A stretch of 64,000 nucleotides of DNA from Thermomicrobiales bacterium (GTDB taxonomy: Bacteria; Chloroflexota; Chloroflexia; Thermomicrobiales; UBA6265), in the NCBI GenBank assembly GCA_020853615.1, contig JADYYO010000342.1, forward strand, positions 3,172 through 67,171. The letters run 5' to 3'. The translations under genes and the position numbers were made by a program. The notes beneath the pieces are model-generated. The model was not told the DNA's origin, ran no database searches, and saw only the letters and a program-made list of their open reading frames with translations. Below, piece after piece: positions 63,692 to 64,000 of this stretch; position 1 is the stretch's first letter, and every line of letters starts with the position of its first letter.

Positions 63692-64000
63692 CCACGCACA
63701 CGATCCCACCCCGCGATCCGCTCGCCGACGAGGCGACGATCGCCGCGCTCCGCGACCTGCACGCCGCCCTGGTCGGGCGGACCGCGCTCCTCGAGCGCAA
63801 GATCGCCGACGCCGACCAGCGGCACGTCGTCGAGCGCGCCAACGCCGAGCTCTGGGGCATCATGCGGGTGCTGCAGGCGGCCAACGCGCTGCGCACCTAC
63901 CCCGACCAGCCCGCGGGGGAGCCGCCCGGCTACAACATGGGCGTCGTCCAGTGGCAGCACCTCGCGCACGAGGGCTACGCGATGATGCGCGAGCTGCTCG
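63688..64000 (+). CDS. hypothetical protein, 5' part only (runs off right edge)
   Basis: ATGA overlap; MTTHTIPPRDPLADEATIAALRDLHAALVGRTALLERKIADADQRH...; no stop before the window end. Confidence 0.6.
   Translation, partial: MTTHTIPPRDPLADEATIAALRDLHAALVGRTALLERKIADADQRHVVERANAELWGIMRVLQAANALRTYPDQPAGEPPGYNMGVVQWQHLAHEGYAMMRELL

Larger units (their letters stand above)
1..64000. mobile_element. temperate phage / prophage-like element (window entirely internal; ends not seen)
   Basis: Integrase, lysis cassette, fibre-like proteins, DNA methylases, RusA, XRE regulator, tightly coupled small orphan genes throughout; no host core genes. Confidence 0.85.

Overview
Very GC-rich window (about 70% G+C by eye; third codon positions of real genes are almost all G/C). 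It lies entirely inside a temperate-phage/prophage-like element. I saw no rRNA, tRNA, CRISPR array or obvious host housekeeping gene. About 100 tightly packed genes show pervasive ATGA/GTGA/TAGATG stop-start overlaps. Modules: (1) 1-20892, one long minus-strand late/virion operon. It ends in beta-helix and lectin-like fibre proteins and holds at least 10 small proteins ending in a hydrophobic helix plus a poly-Arg/Lys tail. It also encodes two peptidoglycan-binding-domain proteins, a transglutaminase-like Cys protease, two adjacent ~200-aa beta-rich capsid-candidate proteins and a 444-aa protein with a protamine-like N-terminal half. (2) 20893-21464, divergent control region. (3) 21465-30799, plus-strand early operon of small Cys-rich proteins, with a Walker-A-degenerate ComM/YifB-like AAA+ protein, a Cys-rich lipoprotein and a ParB-like protein. 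(4) 30810-33679, lysis cassette: small TM proteins, LL-H-type holin, overlapping i-/o-spanin pair, J-domain protein, SLT transglycosylase. (5) 33684-41188, further late genes including a frame-switching GT2 glycosyltransferase, an M23 peptidase and an SGNH esterase. (6) 41189-45125, lysogeny-type minus-strand cluster: 3D-domain muralytic protein, divergent leaderless promoter pair, tyrosine integrase, attP-like region. (7) 45126-52099, regulation/replication/DNA modification: XRE HTH, initiator with a DnaA-domain-I-like C-terminus and in-gene iterons, C5-MTase, Dam-type MTase, Mom-like protein. (8) 52100-64000, a second copy of the Arg-rich membrane protein cassette, GT1 glycosyltransferase, RusA-like resolvase, deoxyribosyltransferase-like protein and many orphans. 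No terminase, portal, HK97-type capsid, tape measure or intact Walker-A NTPase was recognisable. A recurrent TAnnnT box 6-9 nt upstream of start codons suggests widespread leaderless transcription. All functional calls rest on motif recognition by eye, because no database search was possible. Most long ORFs in the supplied track are out-of-frame or antisense GC artefacts (Arg/Gly/Pro/Asp-rich), and the real gene is often only the C-terminal part of a tracked ORF.
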